Source: Blastocatellia bacterium
GTDB taxonomy: Bacteria > Acidobacteriota > Blastocatellia > UBA7656
DNA: 64,000 bases
Reading direction: 5' to 3'
Assembly: GCA_963804815.1 (NCBI GenBank)
Contig: CAWDRU010000002.1
Span: 7,126,939-7,190,938, forward strand
In this document: in pieces, positions 1 to 8,971 of the stretch
Position numbering within the stretch: position 1 is the first letter of the stretch
Layout: each line of letters opens with the position of its first letter
Program-made: the position numbers and the translations under genes
The notes under the pieces: generated by a model
Databases searched by the model: none
Told to the model about the DNA's origin: nothing
The model's input: the letters and a program-made list of their open reading frames with translations, nothing else

Positions 1-786
1 GTGCGGAAGTCCGCTCAGCATTTGTTTAAAGGCGGTAGCCTTTGTATCAATATCTTCCCCCGCGCGCAGATGCTCGGCATAAGATTTGAGACGGTCGAGA
101 GCTGACGGCTGTGGCGACCACCTCCACATATTCACCCAGTGGTCGGGCGCTTCAAAGATGTCGCTGTTCCGGTGTGCGTTCTTTACCCAGCCCCTGACCT
201 CATCAGGCCTTTCGGCGAGTTCACGGATAAGCCGTCCTGGCAGTACCAGACGGAACTGGCGCTGGTTGTGCTCATAACTGGCCGAGAACTCCAGGCCGTC
301 GTCCGTGACCGCTTCAAGGGCGAGCCGCAGACGTGACCAGCGCAGAAGGATCGGATGCTCGTAAACGAGTAAGACCTTGAATAATTCTAAGAAGCGATCA
401 TCAAGCTCGATATCCTGGGCAATCAGCTTTTCGCGCAGCTCATCCATGCCGAATATGACTCGCAGGGTTCGGCCTTTTGCAGGGGTTACCGCATCGGGAA
501 TCAGGCTGATTGCGGCGTCCAGTTCCCTAGAGGCTTTTTTCCACATGTGACGTTCCCCTCGCGGTAGCACTTTGAAAAATGTGTTGCGGGTCAAATCCGT
601 GTAGTAAAACGGCTTTTCGACCGTCATGTGTCGGCCACAGACCGGGCAGGCGGCCTTGTGCAGTTCGCCGCGCAATATACGGTCGCGCGATTCCGGCGAA
701 CGCTTGACGTTAATACTATCGGCCAGTTGGACAACTAGACTGTTGCCGCATACACACCTTACTGTTTGTGGGTGAAAAACAGCCAA
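1..786 (-). CDS. CpXC-domain zinc-ribbon protein. Partial: continues beyond the window start. Begins with TTG at 786 and is not in the supplied ORF track because it has no stop inside the window.
   Basis: Hand translation of the minus strand from 786 downward gives about 260 aa with no stop: LAVFHPQTVRCVCGNSLVVQLADSINVKRSPESRDRILRGELHKAACPVCGRHMTVEKPFYYTDLTRNTFFKVLP... Two CxxC/CPxCG motifs with the spacing and Gel...CPxCG...Y.D pattern typical of the CpXC family. GGAGG sits 8 nt upstream of the TTG. Confidence 0.5.
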   Translation of the reverse strand, partial: MAVFHPQTVRCVCGNSLVVQLADSINVKRSPESRDRILRGELHKAACPVCGRHMTVEKPFYYTDLTRNTFFKVLPRGERHMWKKASRELDAAISLIPDAVTPAKGRTLRVIFGMDELREKLIAQDIELDDRFLELFKVLLVYEHPILLRWSRLRLALEAVTDDGLEFSASYEHNQRQFRLVLPGRLIRELAERPDEVRGWVKNAHRNSDIFEAPDHWVNMWRWSPQPSALDRLKSYAEHLRAGEDIDTKATAFKQMLSGLPH

Positions 787-852
787 TGCTATTACCTCCT
801 TTAGTATGGCCGGGGTTCGCCCCGGCCTGTAGGACGCTTGAAAGCCGCGAGA

Positions 853-1665
853 TTAAAGTTTCGACAATCTTGAGAGTCTTGCACCATGGCACCCGACCTG
901 ATCGTTAAAGGGATGAACAATCTCCCCCGGCTGCACCGGGCGGGGCTTCTTTGTGAGGCGGACCTGTTTATTCTGAGGAGTATCAGGTGTTAGCGCCTTG
1001 TAAAATGTGTTGAAGTCGCTAATGGTGCTGTGAGGCGGGGGTGGGCCGCAGTGACAATCGAAGTCGATTACGTACCTGATGCCTTTTTTAACATCGGAAG
1101 CATCAGCCCTCATTTTAATTACGCCGTCAATTGTCAAGACAGCTACGCTTTCCGGAGTATCGAGGTATATATTGGCAGCGATTTCATCTGCCAGTTTTCC
1201 AAAGTTTTTCTTATTTGCCTCTCCCAACCTGAGCTCCGCAGTATCCTCGAAGCGCTTCCTGGTATAGAAGAGAGCGTTGTTGACGCGAAAAATGGGCTTG
1301 ATCCTACCTTTCTTTGTCTTATACTGCCGGTCCGGGTGCAGGTCGGTTTCTACATCTACAAACCAGCGGAAATCATTGGGGTCGCCTGTGCTCCCGGCTC
1401 TGTAAAACTTCGCCAAGCCCTTATAGGTTTCGATTTTTTTCCTGGATGTCTTCTTGACCTCCAGTGAAATTCTGGAACTCCCATCAGGGACCTGTATCTT
1501 TTCATCAGCCGCGCCCGGAGTTTTCTTTGTGACTGTGAGCTTGGCTTTGTGACACGGAGAGTCGATCAGGGCTCCTACTTCAGCGAACGGATTGCCCTCA
1601 GTGATTGCTGCCAGCACGAGGCCCTTGAACACTATTTGGATAGTCGGATCACTTGCTATAGCCAT
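853..1665 (-). CDS. Hypothetical protein of about 270 aa with no recognisable domain. The ORF extends to 1707; the start is placed at the second ATG.
   Basis: ORF 853..1707. GAGGAGAAAGAT precedes the ATG at 1665 (MAIASDPTIQ...), while the first ATG at 1707 has no SD. Sits 16-58 bp downstream of the CHAT gene stop on the same strand. Confidence 0.45.
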   Translation of the reverse strand: MAIASDPTIQIVFKGLVLAAITEGNPFAEVGALIDSPCHKAKLTVTKKTPGAADEKIQVPDGSSRISLEVKKTSRKKIETYKGLAKFYRAGSTGDPNDFRWFVDVETDLHPDRQYKTKKGRIKPIFRVNNALFYTRKRFEDTAELRLGEANKKNFGKLADEIAANIYLDTPESVAVLTIDGVIKMRADASDVKKGIRYVIDFDCHCGPPPPHSTISDFNTFYKALTPDTPQNKQVRLTKKPRPVQPGEIVHPFNDQVGCHGARLSRLSKL

Positions 1666-1722
1666 ATCTTTCTCCTCAAAGCTTGAAGTAACTAATTCCG
1701 ATTTCATGCAGACATCGGCGAT

Positions 1723-4700
1723 TCAAAAATCAGCATGTCCGCCGATGGTTACAAATGACGCCCAGTTGTAGGGCAGGCGACTACGGTGGTCGTCTTCCCT
1801 GAGCATCTCCCTTTGCGCTTCACTCAGGGCTTCGACTGTAGTCATCTTTCCGATCATGCGGTTACGGTGAAAGCGTATCATCAGCTTAGCGGTGGAATCC
1901 GTATCGACCGGCCATAGACTTGCCACGACAAGCGGAATCCGCTTCGCTATGAAAGGCCGTGCGAGCCCGATCATGCCTTCCCCGCCGTAATAGCGTTCAA
2001 CTCCAGTCCGGCAAGCCGAGAGCACCACCAGCCGCGCCCGTTCAAGATTCAAACTGTATATTTCATTGGCTTGAAGAACCCCGCTTGACTCGCCTGTCAA
2101 ATCTTTCGCCAGCACGAGCTTCGAGCGCATCGAATTCCACTCGTCTGCTATCGCATGCATGGCGAGGTGAATAACATCCGCTTTCTCTATTTCACTTTTA
2201 ACTCGTCTCTTTGTGGCTGACTTCCCGATGAGCGGGGCGGGCGAGCCGTAATAGCCGGTTATGGCCTCTGCCTCTCTGGCAGCCGAATGCAAATCGGCAA
2301 GTCCCGGAAACTTGTCGGTATCAAAGAGCGGGTTGCCGACGCTCAATAGCTTTTCGTTTTTCAATTTGCCTTTTTGATCGGCAGCTTCTGAACAAAGAAT
2401 GAAAACGTTTGAGCTGGGAGAAAGCGCAAACGTATGCTCCTCGATAAAGTATGGACCCGAAGCCCCGGAAACTTTCAGAGCGCCGAACGGAAGATAATTC
2501 AGAATCTTGTCGGGGACGATATAGAGTTGCTTCTCTTTATCGAGAGCGCCCTCGACGGGCTTGATAAGCAAGTCATACAGCGCCGCGGCCTTGTGCGAAG
2601 CCGCCTCCTCGCTATTCCCATCCTGCGCGGAGATCAACTGAAGATAGTCGCGAACCATCTGATTCAACTCTTCAACTGGTAGGCGCAGCAGTTTGCTGAA
2701 AAAGCCGTCTTTTGATACTACCCAGATCACCAGACTGTCTTTCAATACGGCGTATTGCAGTATCTGCGTCTGCGTCGGCATCTGCTGTCGAATATCTTCG
2801 ATGCCCAGCGGCTGCGTGACCTCGCTAAAGCGTATGTCAGGGCTTTCGCGGTCCTCGATGAGCTTAACGTTTGTGCTTATCATATCGCGCAGCGACCGGG
2901 CACGGCTTCTTTCTGAAAAATCAAAAGCCTTTTGCTCATTGCCCTTCTTCGCATACTCAAACTCGATTGCGATGTCATAGATGCTCTGTTCGCCATCGAA
3001 GAAGGTGTTGCGGTTGCTCTCTTCCAATATCTTAGACCTGTGCTGCTCAAAAAGATTAAGGAGCCGGTCCAACTCCTCCTCGAACGAAGGGCAGATGCCC
3101 TGCTCCATGCAGCAAAGCAGTTTGTCTTTCCAAGCCATGTAATTAAAGAAAATCGAGCCTACATCATGGTAAAGTTGAATCGCCCGGTCGTAGTTTTCCA
3201 GAGCCTTATCGAAATCTCCCGCTTTCCTGTAAACATAGCCCAGATGCAGGTAGCAGTATGCGATGGTGTCTGTCTGGACGCTCTTGTCAGGGAAAGAATT
3301 TCCTATCTCAAGGGCGCGCTTTATACTGTTAGCCGCTTCGACATAATCGCCCCTTCTGGCCAGCATCTCCCCCAGATGATTGTAGGAGCGACTTGCGAAC
3401 CACGGCCTTTCCCCATCCAATGCTATTTGCAAAGCTTCCTTTTGAAATGCGATTGCAGCCGCAGGCAGACCGAACTGGTCCAGGGTTAACGATATGGAAA
3501 AATAGTGCCGCCATCTCTGCACCCGCTGTGGCAAACAGGTTAGGGCGAGCGACAATGCCTGCGCATGCAGATCGAGGGCTTTCTGGTAATTGTTTATAAA
3601 ACGATATTCGTCTGCCAGTTGAAAAGTGCTCCCTTCAAAACCCGATGTATCGCCCATATCTTCTGAAAGCTTCAAAGAGCGCGTGGTATGACTTATAGCC
3701 GTCGAAAAGTCTCTAAGGCTCTGATTTCCATGAGCCGTGGCGGTGAGAATCTGCGCCAGTAATTTTTTATACTGAGACTCCTCGCAGCTTCGAGCGATGC
3801 TTTGAAAGATGGCAAGCCCCGGGCCGGGGTTCAACTGGCGTAAATAAGTTTGTCCTATCGCGTACTTCGTGTAGATTGCTTCATAAATATCGCCAGCGCG
3901 TTCAAAGCTCTTTTCAGCGTCATCGTATAATCTTCTGGCTTCCTCAAAATTGTTTTTAGAAGCGATTTCCCGACCTTTTTTCACCAGGCTGCGCGCCTGC
4001 AACATGTTCTTTCGTTGAGCCGGGGTTATGGTCCTGTAAAAACGAACCAGATCGAGCAGGAACCGGTCGCGCGCCTGCCTGTACTCCAGATCAGCTGCGT
4101 AGGCCAGCGCATCGAGTCTTTCGTCGGCTTCGATAAGGCGTCGTTCGGTGACCAGAGCGAGATGCTCGTCCATCAGCCGATTCTCGATGAAATTCCCGGT
4201 CATATCAGGGTTCTGGTTAAGTAGCTTCCATGCCTGCACATCATCTTTAGACTTGTAGGCATTGAGGAAATTTTGAAAAAGCTGCTCTCTGTTTTGCGAA
4301 GGCTGCTCCTCATGTTCTCCAGGCAAACTGAGATTCTGGCGCGCTTCTTCTGCCCATTTTGAATCAGAGTCTTTTTTCAGATAATTCTTCCATGCCTCAG
4401 CGGCCTGTTGTTGCAGGTTCATGTGCTGCAAACATAAAGCGCAATTGAAAAGGGCTTCAGGAAGCGCAGGTTCCAATCCCAATGCCCGGTTGAGTTGCTC
4501 AAGGCTTTTCGCGAAATATTCCAGCCCTCTCCCCGACTCGCCTTTCATTCGATCAGCTTTCCCAAGTTCGAGCAGAGCCGCCCCGTAGTCGCTATGAAAC
4601 TGCGCGTTATTCGACTCTGTTTCGAGCGCTTCTTCAAATTGGGTAATCGCTTGATCGAACTGCCTCTCGGTTAAATAATATATGCCGAGAGCGTGTCGTG

Positions 4701-5007
4701 ATTTTGCGCTCCGGTTAGCCTTGTCATCATACAGAAGTAGCAATGCCGCGCGGTCACGAGTTACTCGCTCAAGTGAGTTTGCCTCACCATCCCGCGTATT
4801 GAGAAAGGCGGCATAGGATAATAATGTAAGCCGCGCTTCAAATGGCCGTTGCTGCCTGTAGGCGTCACGCAGCGCGCGGACTCCGCGCTCGACATCTGTT
4901 TGCGGAATGAACGTGTATATAAAACCGAAGCCCGCCGCAAACAGAATCAGTAAGCAGATAGCTATCTGTCGGACGTTCGCAGTACGAATCTTACTCCGGA
5001 GGCCCAT
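1723..5007 (-). CDS. Membrane-anchored TPR-repeat protein with a C-terminal CHAT (caspase-like) protease domain.
   Basis: 1094-aa ORF. N-terminal TM helix (IAICLLILFAAGFGFIYTFI), then about 700 aa of TPR-like repeats. The C-terminus carries the CHAT His/Cys dyad context: ...VIHLAMHA... and ...RLVVLSACRTG... Confidence 0.8.
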   Translation of the reverse strand: MGLRSKIRTANVRQIAICLLILFAAGFGFIYTFIPQTDVERGVRALRDAYRQQRPFEARLTLLSYAAFLNTRDGEANSLERVTRDRAALLLLYDDKANRSAKSRHALGIYYLTERQFDQAITQFEEALETESNNAQFHSDYGAALLELGKADRMKGESGRGLEYFAKSLEQLNRALGLEPALPEALFNCALCLQHMNLQQQAAEAWKNYLKKDSDSKWAEEARQNLSLPGEHEEQPSQNREQLFQNFLNAYKSKDDVQAWKLLNQNPDMTGNFIENRLMDEHLALVTERRLIEADERLDALAYAADLEYRQARDRFLLDLVRFYRTITPAQRKNMLQARSLVKKGREIASKNNFEEARRLYDDAEKSFERAGDIYEAIYTKYAIGQTYLRQLNPGPGLAIFQSIARSCEESQYKKLLAQILTATAHGNQSLRDFSTAISHTTRSLKLSEDMGDTSGFEGSTFQLADEYRFINNYQKALDLHAQALSLALTCLPQRVQRWRHYFSISLTLDQFGLPAAAIAFQKEALQIALDGERPWFASRSYNHLGEMLARRGDYVEAANSIKRALEIGNSFPDKSVQTDTIAYCYLHLGYVYRKAGDFDKALENYDRAIQLYHDVGSIFFNYMAWKDKLLCCMEQGICPSFEEELDRLLNLFEQHRSKILEESNRNTFFDGEQSIYDIAIEFEYAKKGNEQKAFDFSERSRARSLRDMISTNVKLIEDRESPDIRFSEVTQPLGIEDIRQQMPTQTQILQYAVLKDSLVIWVVSKDGFFSKLLRLPVEELNQMVRDYLQLISAQDGNSEEAASHKAAALYDLLIKPVEGALDKEKQLYIVPDKILNYLPFGALKVSGASGPYFIEEHTFALSPSSNVFILCSEAADQKGKLKNEKLLSVGNPLFDTDKFPGLADLHSAAREAEAITGYYGSPAPLIGKSATKRRVKSEIEKADVIHLAMHAIADEWNSMRSKLVLAKDLTGESSGVLQANEIYSLNLERARLVVLSACRTGVERYYGGEGMIGLARPFIAKRIPLVVASLWPVDTDSTAKLMIRFHRNRMIGKMTTVEALSEAQREMLREDDHRSRLPYNWASFVTIGGHADF

Positions 5008-5278
5008 GCAAGCTCCTAAAGCCCAAAAATCTGCAAGTTCACCGTTGTTTCCCTAGCTTCTAAGGTAGTTGTCTATGTTTCTCGCGCGTTTCAATCGCCC
5101 CTTATGGAGCTTTTGTTCATTCCCGAACTTTTGTTCCATACAGGACTTGCTTCACTATAAATGGTGAAACCTGGTTTTTCATTTCATGTGCCGGTTAATT
5201 GCCTGCGACAGTATAACCGGGTGAAATGTTTTTCGATTATGGTCATTTAGGAATAGATACCAGAAAAGGAGAATAGTT

Positions 5279-5365
5279 ATGGCCTGCACCTTAACGAGGA
5301 ATGAAGTATCGGACATCGTAATAGAAGGACGATGTGTTGAGATTGGCCCCTCGCATAAGGGTTGA
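5279..5365 (+). other. Small 28-aa ORF (MACTLTRNEVSDIVIEGRCVEIGPSHKG) with a strong SD. It lies in the divergent intergenic region between the CHAT operon and the 796-aa membrane-protein gene. Could be a leader peptide or a micro-protein.
   Basis: AAAGGAGAA sits 7 nt upstream of the ATG at 5279. There is an in-frame TGA at 5363. No homolog was recognised. Confidence 0.2.
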
Positions 5366-5585
5366 TCTGTTACTCAACGTAAACATCAATCAGGCATTTT
5401 AACCTCTAACTTTGGAGTTGGGCTTCAATATAAAAAGGGAAGTTCTGCTCATATGGCAACACCTTCGCGGGAACGCTTACCATTCGCTTCGGAGAGGGCA
5501 GAAAACTATGAGTTGTCAGATGTGGGGGCTGCCGCCGCTCGATAACTTAACCGGGCGCGACGGTCTGAGGCGCGGAGAGTCCGGC

Positions 5586-7976
5586 ATGGTTAAGAGTATA
5601 TTTCGCTTTGTAAATAAAATTACGGCTGTTGTGTTTATCGCCGCCTGCGTTTTCGTTCAACCCGAAGCGGCTCAGGTGCAGCCTTCACGGTCAGTCGTCT
5701 TTCTGGACGAGAGAGATTTAACCGTCGATTTCGACCGCATCCTGCAACAGGAAAGGCGGCTCACAGTAGGCATTCGCAATAACGATTCCAAAGGCGCGCA
5801 GAAGGTGGAACTACGCCTAGTCGGCATAGTGCCTCAGGTCGGTGATCCTGATAGCAAACTGATCAAGGTGGTGCCCGACTCGGTCGTTAAAGAGTTAGCC
5901 TCCGGGCAGGCAGCAGATTTTGATCTGACCTTTAAAGAGGGCGCGCGACCCACGTCGGGAACTTATGAAGGCGTTCTCGTCGCAATGGGAGAGAGTGGGG
6001 AACTCGCAAGGCGAAAGCTCATCCTACAGATTAAAGAAGTAACTTCTACCTCTTCAACCCAAACGCCTGCCGTCAAGCCGGAGGACCCGTCTCGCATCGC
6101 TCTTCTGCCTGAACGATTAAAGTCCCTGACTTTATCCGGGACGAATTTCTTACCCTCCCTGATCAGCCAACTCACTCCGGCGTTTTTCTTTGTAGGGGTG
6201 ACGCTGATTCTACTCTGGGCTGTTTTGAAAGGAATAAGGAAAACCGACCGTAACGGGCAAATCCGCGCACTCCGCGAAGTTGGCTCACTGTTGGCTATGG
6301 TCTGGTTCGTATTGATCTTTCTTGAATGGGGCAAGATCATAGAGCCTCCGGGCTTTCATAAGGTGGAGATACAGTCCATCCCTCTGCTCTCGCAAACCGG
6401 CGACGCTACTCTAGGCATTGTGGCCGCCTCTGATGGCGACCTCGGAAAACTCGCGAGGGAAAATGATCAGTTAGTGGTGAAGGGCATCGAACATGCAGGA
6501 AAGTATGAAGGCTCGATGCCTTTTGGGACTAATAAGGACTTCGCGGTTATAGTGAACGTCGCCGATTGGTGGCCTTATGCAATTCTAACGATTGGACTCG
6601 GTGTCTTATTGGGTTACGGGGTTGTTAATTACTACAAGCTCAGGCGTGGCATAGACGAGCAAAACGTACGGGCCACTAAGCTGTGGAAGAAGATCATTGA
6701 TGACGAGAGCTATTATCAACACGATCACAACAGCCGACCATACGCCGTGGCTCGTATGGTAGAGCTGGCACAGGAATGGATAGCGCTCGTACAAGCAGAC
6801 CTGAGCGCCAGTAAGACCGACGATGCTAAAAACAGATTAGATCGCCTTGAAACGTACGCCAATTTGTTCGCGCGTCTGCGAGTAGACGTAGACGATCTTT
6901 TTAATCTTGAGCAGGAAGTTAAGGGCAGAATTCAAGAACAGGATTTTGACCTGAAGATTGGCTCTGTAAACTCGCTCAATAAGGTAAAAGATTTATTCAT
7001 TTTATTGAACAGCAATCCATTCAGATTTTCGCCCAATGGGGCCGAGACCGAACAGGCCGATAAGCTTAAAGCGATCCAAACGCAGGTACCACCCCTTGTA
7101 AGCTGGCTTCGAGAGTTGAGAGATACTCACATCCTGATCGCCAAAACTTTAAAATGGGCAAGGGAGTTAGAAGATGCCAGCACCTCGAACTGGACACAGC
7201 CGCAGAAGGACAAGCTTGCAGAGCAGATTGATAAAATAGAGAAGGCGGGCTTTAAAGCGCTGACAAGAGAACAGACTGATCTGGTGACTTGCAGGACCGA
7301 AACCCAGGATGCATACCTCGTGATTAGAAACTTACAGGAAGAAGTTGAAAAAGGATTCGGCGACATATTGATACCGAAAGAGAAGGCCCATCTTATCTTT
7401 GCAGCGCCCGCATTATCAGCGCCGGAACCGGAAGCGCTGCCGAAATCCTGGCTCTGTAATGTAATGAGCTTTGACGGGGAAAAGACCGATTGTTCCGGCG
7501 ATTCAGATGACCTCTTTACCTTCACAGCTTTGGTCCAATTCAAAAAGCCGCTCGTCAGCGAAAAGAGCTATCGATGGGACTTCGATGATAGTTCGGCTCC
7601 GGTAACGCATACGATACCTGCGGGGACAGTCGGAAACGTGGATTTGAAAATAAGCCACCGTTTCGGGGCCGGAGGAAAGTACAATGTCACGCTTTTAGAT
7701 GAGAGCGGTAATTCGCGGGGCCGTTGGCAGGCGATGGTCAGTTTAGGCATGGGCCGTTGGGAGAGAGCCCTTTCCGCTTTCAAATTCGCCGAACAGAAGA
7801 TGACTCTGATTACAGGATTGCTGACGGTCGGTTCAGGCTTTTTGACGCTATACTACGCCAGCCCGACCTGGGGGGCACCAGCCGATTATCTTAAAGCATT
7901 CTTGTGGGGATCTGTGATCTCCGAAGGCTTAAAATACGTAAGCAACCTCGTGGGTCGCCTATGGCCTGCAAGCTAA
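5586..7976 (+). CDS. Large polytopic membrane protein with a signal peptide, a central coiled-coil region and a PKD-like beta-sandwich segment. Function unknown.
   Basis: ORF 5412..7976; start chosen at MVKSIFRFVNKITAVVFIAACVFVQPEAAQ (GGAGAG upstream). Hydrophobic helices at AFFFVGVTLILLWAVL, LLAMVWFVLIFL, WWPYAILTIGLGVLLGYGVV and two near the C-terminus. A PKD-like stretch reads SFDGEKTDCSGDSDDLFTFTALV...YRWDFDDSSAPVTHTIPAGTVGNVDLKISHRFGAGGKYNVTLLDESGN. Confidence 0.6.
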   Translation: MVKSIFRFVNKITAVVFIAACVFVQPEAAQVQPSRSVVFLDERDLTVDFDRILQQERRLTVGIRNNDSKGAQKVELRLVGIVPQVGDPDSKLIKVVPDSVVKELASGQAADFDLTFKEGARPTSGTYEGVLVAMGESGELARRKLILQIKEVTSTSSTQTPAVKPEDPSRIALLPERLKSLTLSGTNFLPSLISQLTPAFFFVGVTLILLWAVLKGIRKTDRNGQIRALREVGSLLAMVWFVLIFLEWGKIIEPPGFHKVEIQSIPLLSQTGDATLGIVAASDGDLGKLARENDQLVVKGIEHAGKYEGSMPFGTNKDFAVIVNVADWWPYAILTIGLGVLLGYGVVNYYKLRRGIDEQNVRATKLWKKIIDDESYYQHDHNSRPYAVARMVELAQEWIALVQADLSASKTDDAKNRLDRLETYANLFARLRVDVDDLFNLEQEVKGRIQEQDFDLKIGSVNSLNKVKDLFILLNSNPFRFSPNGAETEQADKLKAIQTQVPPLVSWLRELRDTHILIAKTLKWARELEDASTSNWTQPQKDKLAEQIDKIEKAGFKALTREQTDLVTCRTETQDAYLVIRNLQEEVEKGFGDILIPKEKAHLIFAAPALSAPEPEALPKSWLCNVMSFDGEKTDCSGDSDDLFTFTALVQFKKPLVSEKSYRWDFDDSSAPVTHTIPAGTVGNVDLKISHRFGAGGKYNVTLLDESGNSRGRWQAMVSLGMGRWERALSAFKFAEQKMTLITGLLTVGSGFLTLYYASPTWGAPADYLKAFLWGSVISEGLKYVSNLVGRLWPAS

Positions 7977-8067
7977 CGTAGGAACAAGACAGGGGTCAGC
8001 GGATGTTAGTGTCGTTACCCAAAAAATCACCAAATCACCGGGCTACTAATGTGATTGAGTAAGGTGA

Positions 8068-8577
8068 CTAAGCGCGACGAATAGTAAGAGAGATAACCTG
8101 GCGCACCCATCGTGCCTGGCGCTTTTCATCAGGAACAACGATCCGCAACGGCCCTTCTGTTGCCGACAGAGGATTCCCGTCCTTGCGGTCCACAAGCAAT
8201 ATCACTTTGTCGGTATAAGCGGGGTCGAGTTCAGGTAGCGCGAAAACTGCCCGGTAACCGTCTGAAGCTTCTACTATCAGGTATAGCGAGAGATTTTTAC
8301 CACGCAGACCATCTCCGAGCGGTACACCAGCGAGGCGCAGAATCTCTGCAATCGCTACGCCTTCATAAGCGTTTTCTTTTCCGCCATGATCTTTTGCCCG
8401 GACCGTTCGACGCGGGAGCTTTGCCAGATCTGCGGCGCTCAGTTTCAGCGGTCGCTCTACTTCTCCGCCGACGCTTAGCGCAACCCTTGAGTTAATACCA
8501 GTCGCCTGTTTCTCCTGCGAACAGATTGCAGGAGAATAGGAAAACAGAATCAGACACAGTGCGAGAATATGAGCCAT
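8068..8577 (-). CDS. Small secreted protein resembling a molybdopterin-dependent oxidoreductase (Oxidored_molyb-like) domain.
   Basis: 169 aa with a signal peptide (MAHILALCLILFSYSPAICS). The C-terminal ...GPLRIVVPDEKRQARWVRQVISLTI is typical of the sulfite-oxidase-fold Mo-binding family. Confidence 0.4.
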   Translation of the reverse strand: MAHILALCLILFSYSPAICSQEKQATGINSRVALSVGGEVERPLKLSAADLAKLPRRTVRAKDHGGKENAYEGVAIAEILRLAGVPLGDGLRGKNLSLYLIVEASDGYRAVFALPELDPAYTDKVILLVDRKDGNPLSATEGPLRIVVPDEKRQARWVRQVISLTIRRA

Positions 8578-8729
8578 CTTCTAAGCCTCACTGGAATGTT
8601 TGATTTGCAGACCTTATAGGCTAAACCCTTTCAAAGCAAGAGGGATGTATCAAAATGCTATTAAATTGTATAAAATCGTATAACAATTTTAATCTCTACT
8701 TGACGTTAAACAGCTAAACACGTATAAAG

Positions 8730-8855
8730 GTGGGCCGGAATATCATCGAGTCAGTAATCACTCGTCAGAGCGCCGAAGAATTGAACATCAAGAAGGGCGA
8801 CACAGTCACGGCGGTCGTTAAAGCGACCGAGGTGATGATCTCTAAACAGCAGTAA
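8730..8855 (+). pseudogene. Truncated Mop/TOBE (molbindin) domain remnant. Only the C-terminal half of a roughly 68-aa molybdate-binding domain is present.
   Basis: GTG-initiated 41-aa frame VGRNIIESVITRQSAEELNIKKGDTVTAVVKATEVMISKQQ matches the C-terminal half of TOBE domains (...TSVITxESxxELGLKxGDEVxAxIKATxVMI...). An in-frame TAA lies immediately upstream of the GTG. Confidence 0.35.
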
Positions 8856-8971
8856 AACAAGACTCCGAGCCTTCGCGCCTAAAGGTCAGGCCATAGCACC
8901 TGCCAATGGACGATGGCCGATAGGGTCAGACGGGAAACAGTCTGGCCTCCCTACTTTGGAAAGGAGCATAC

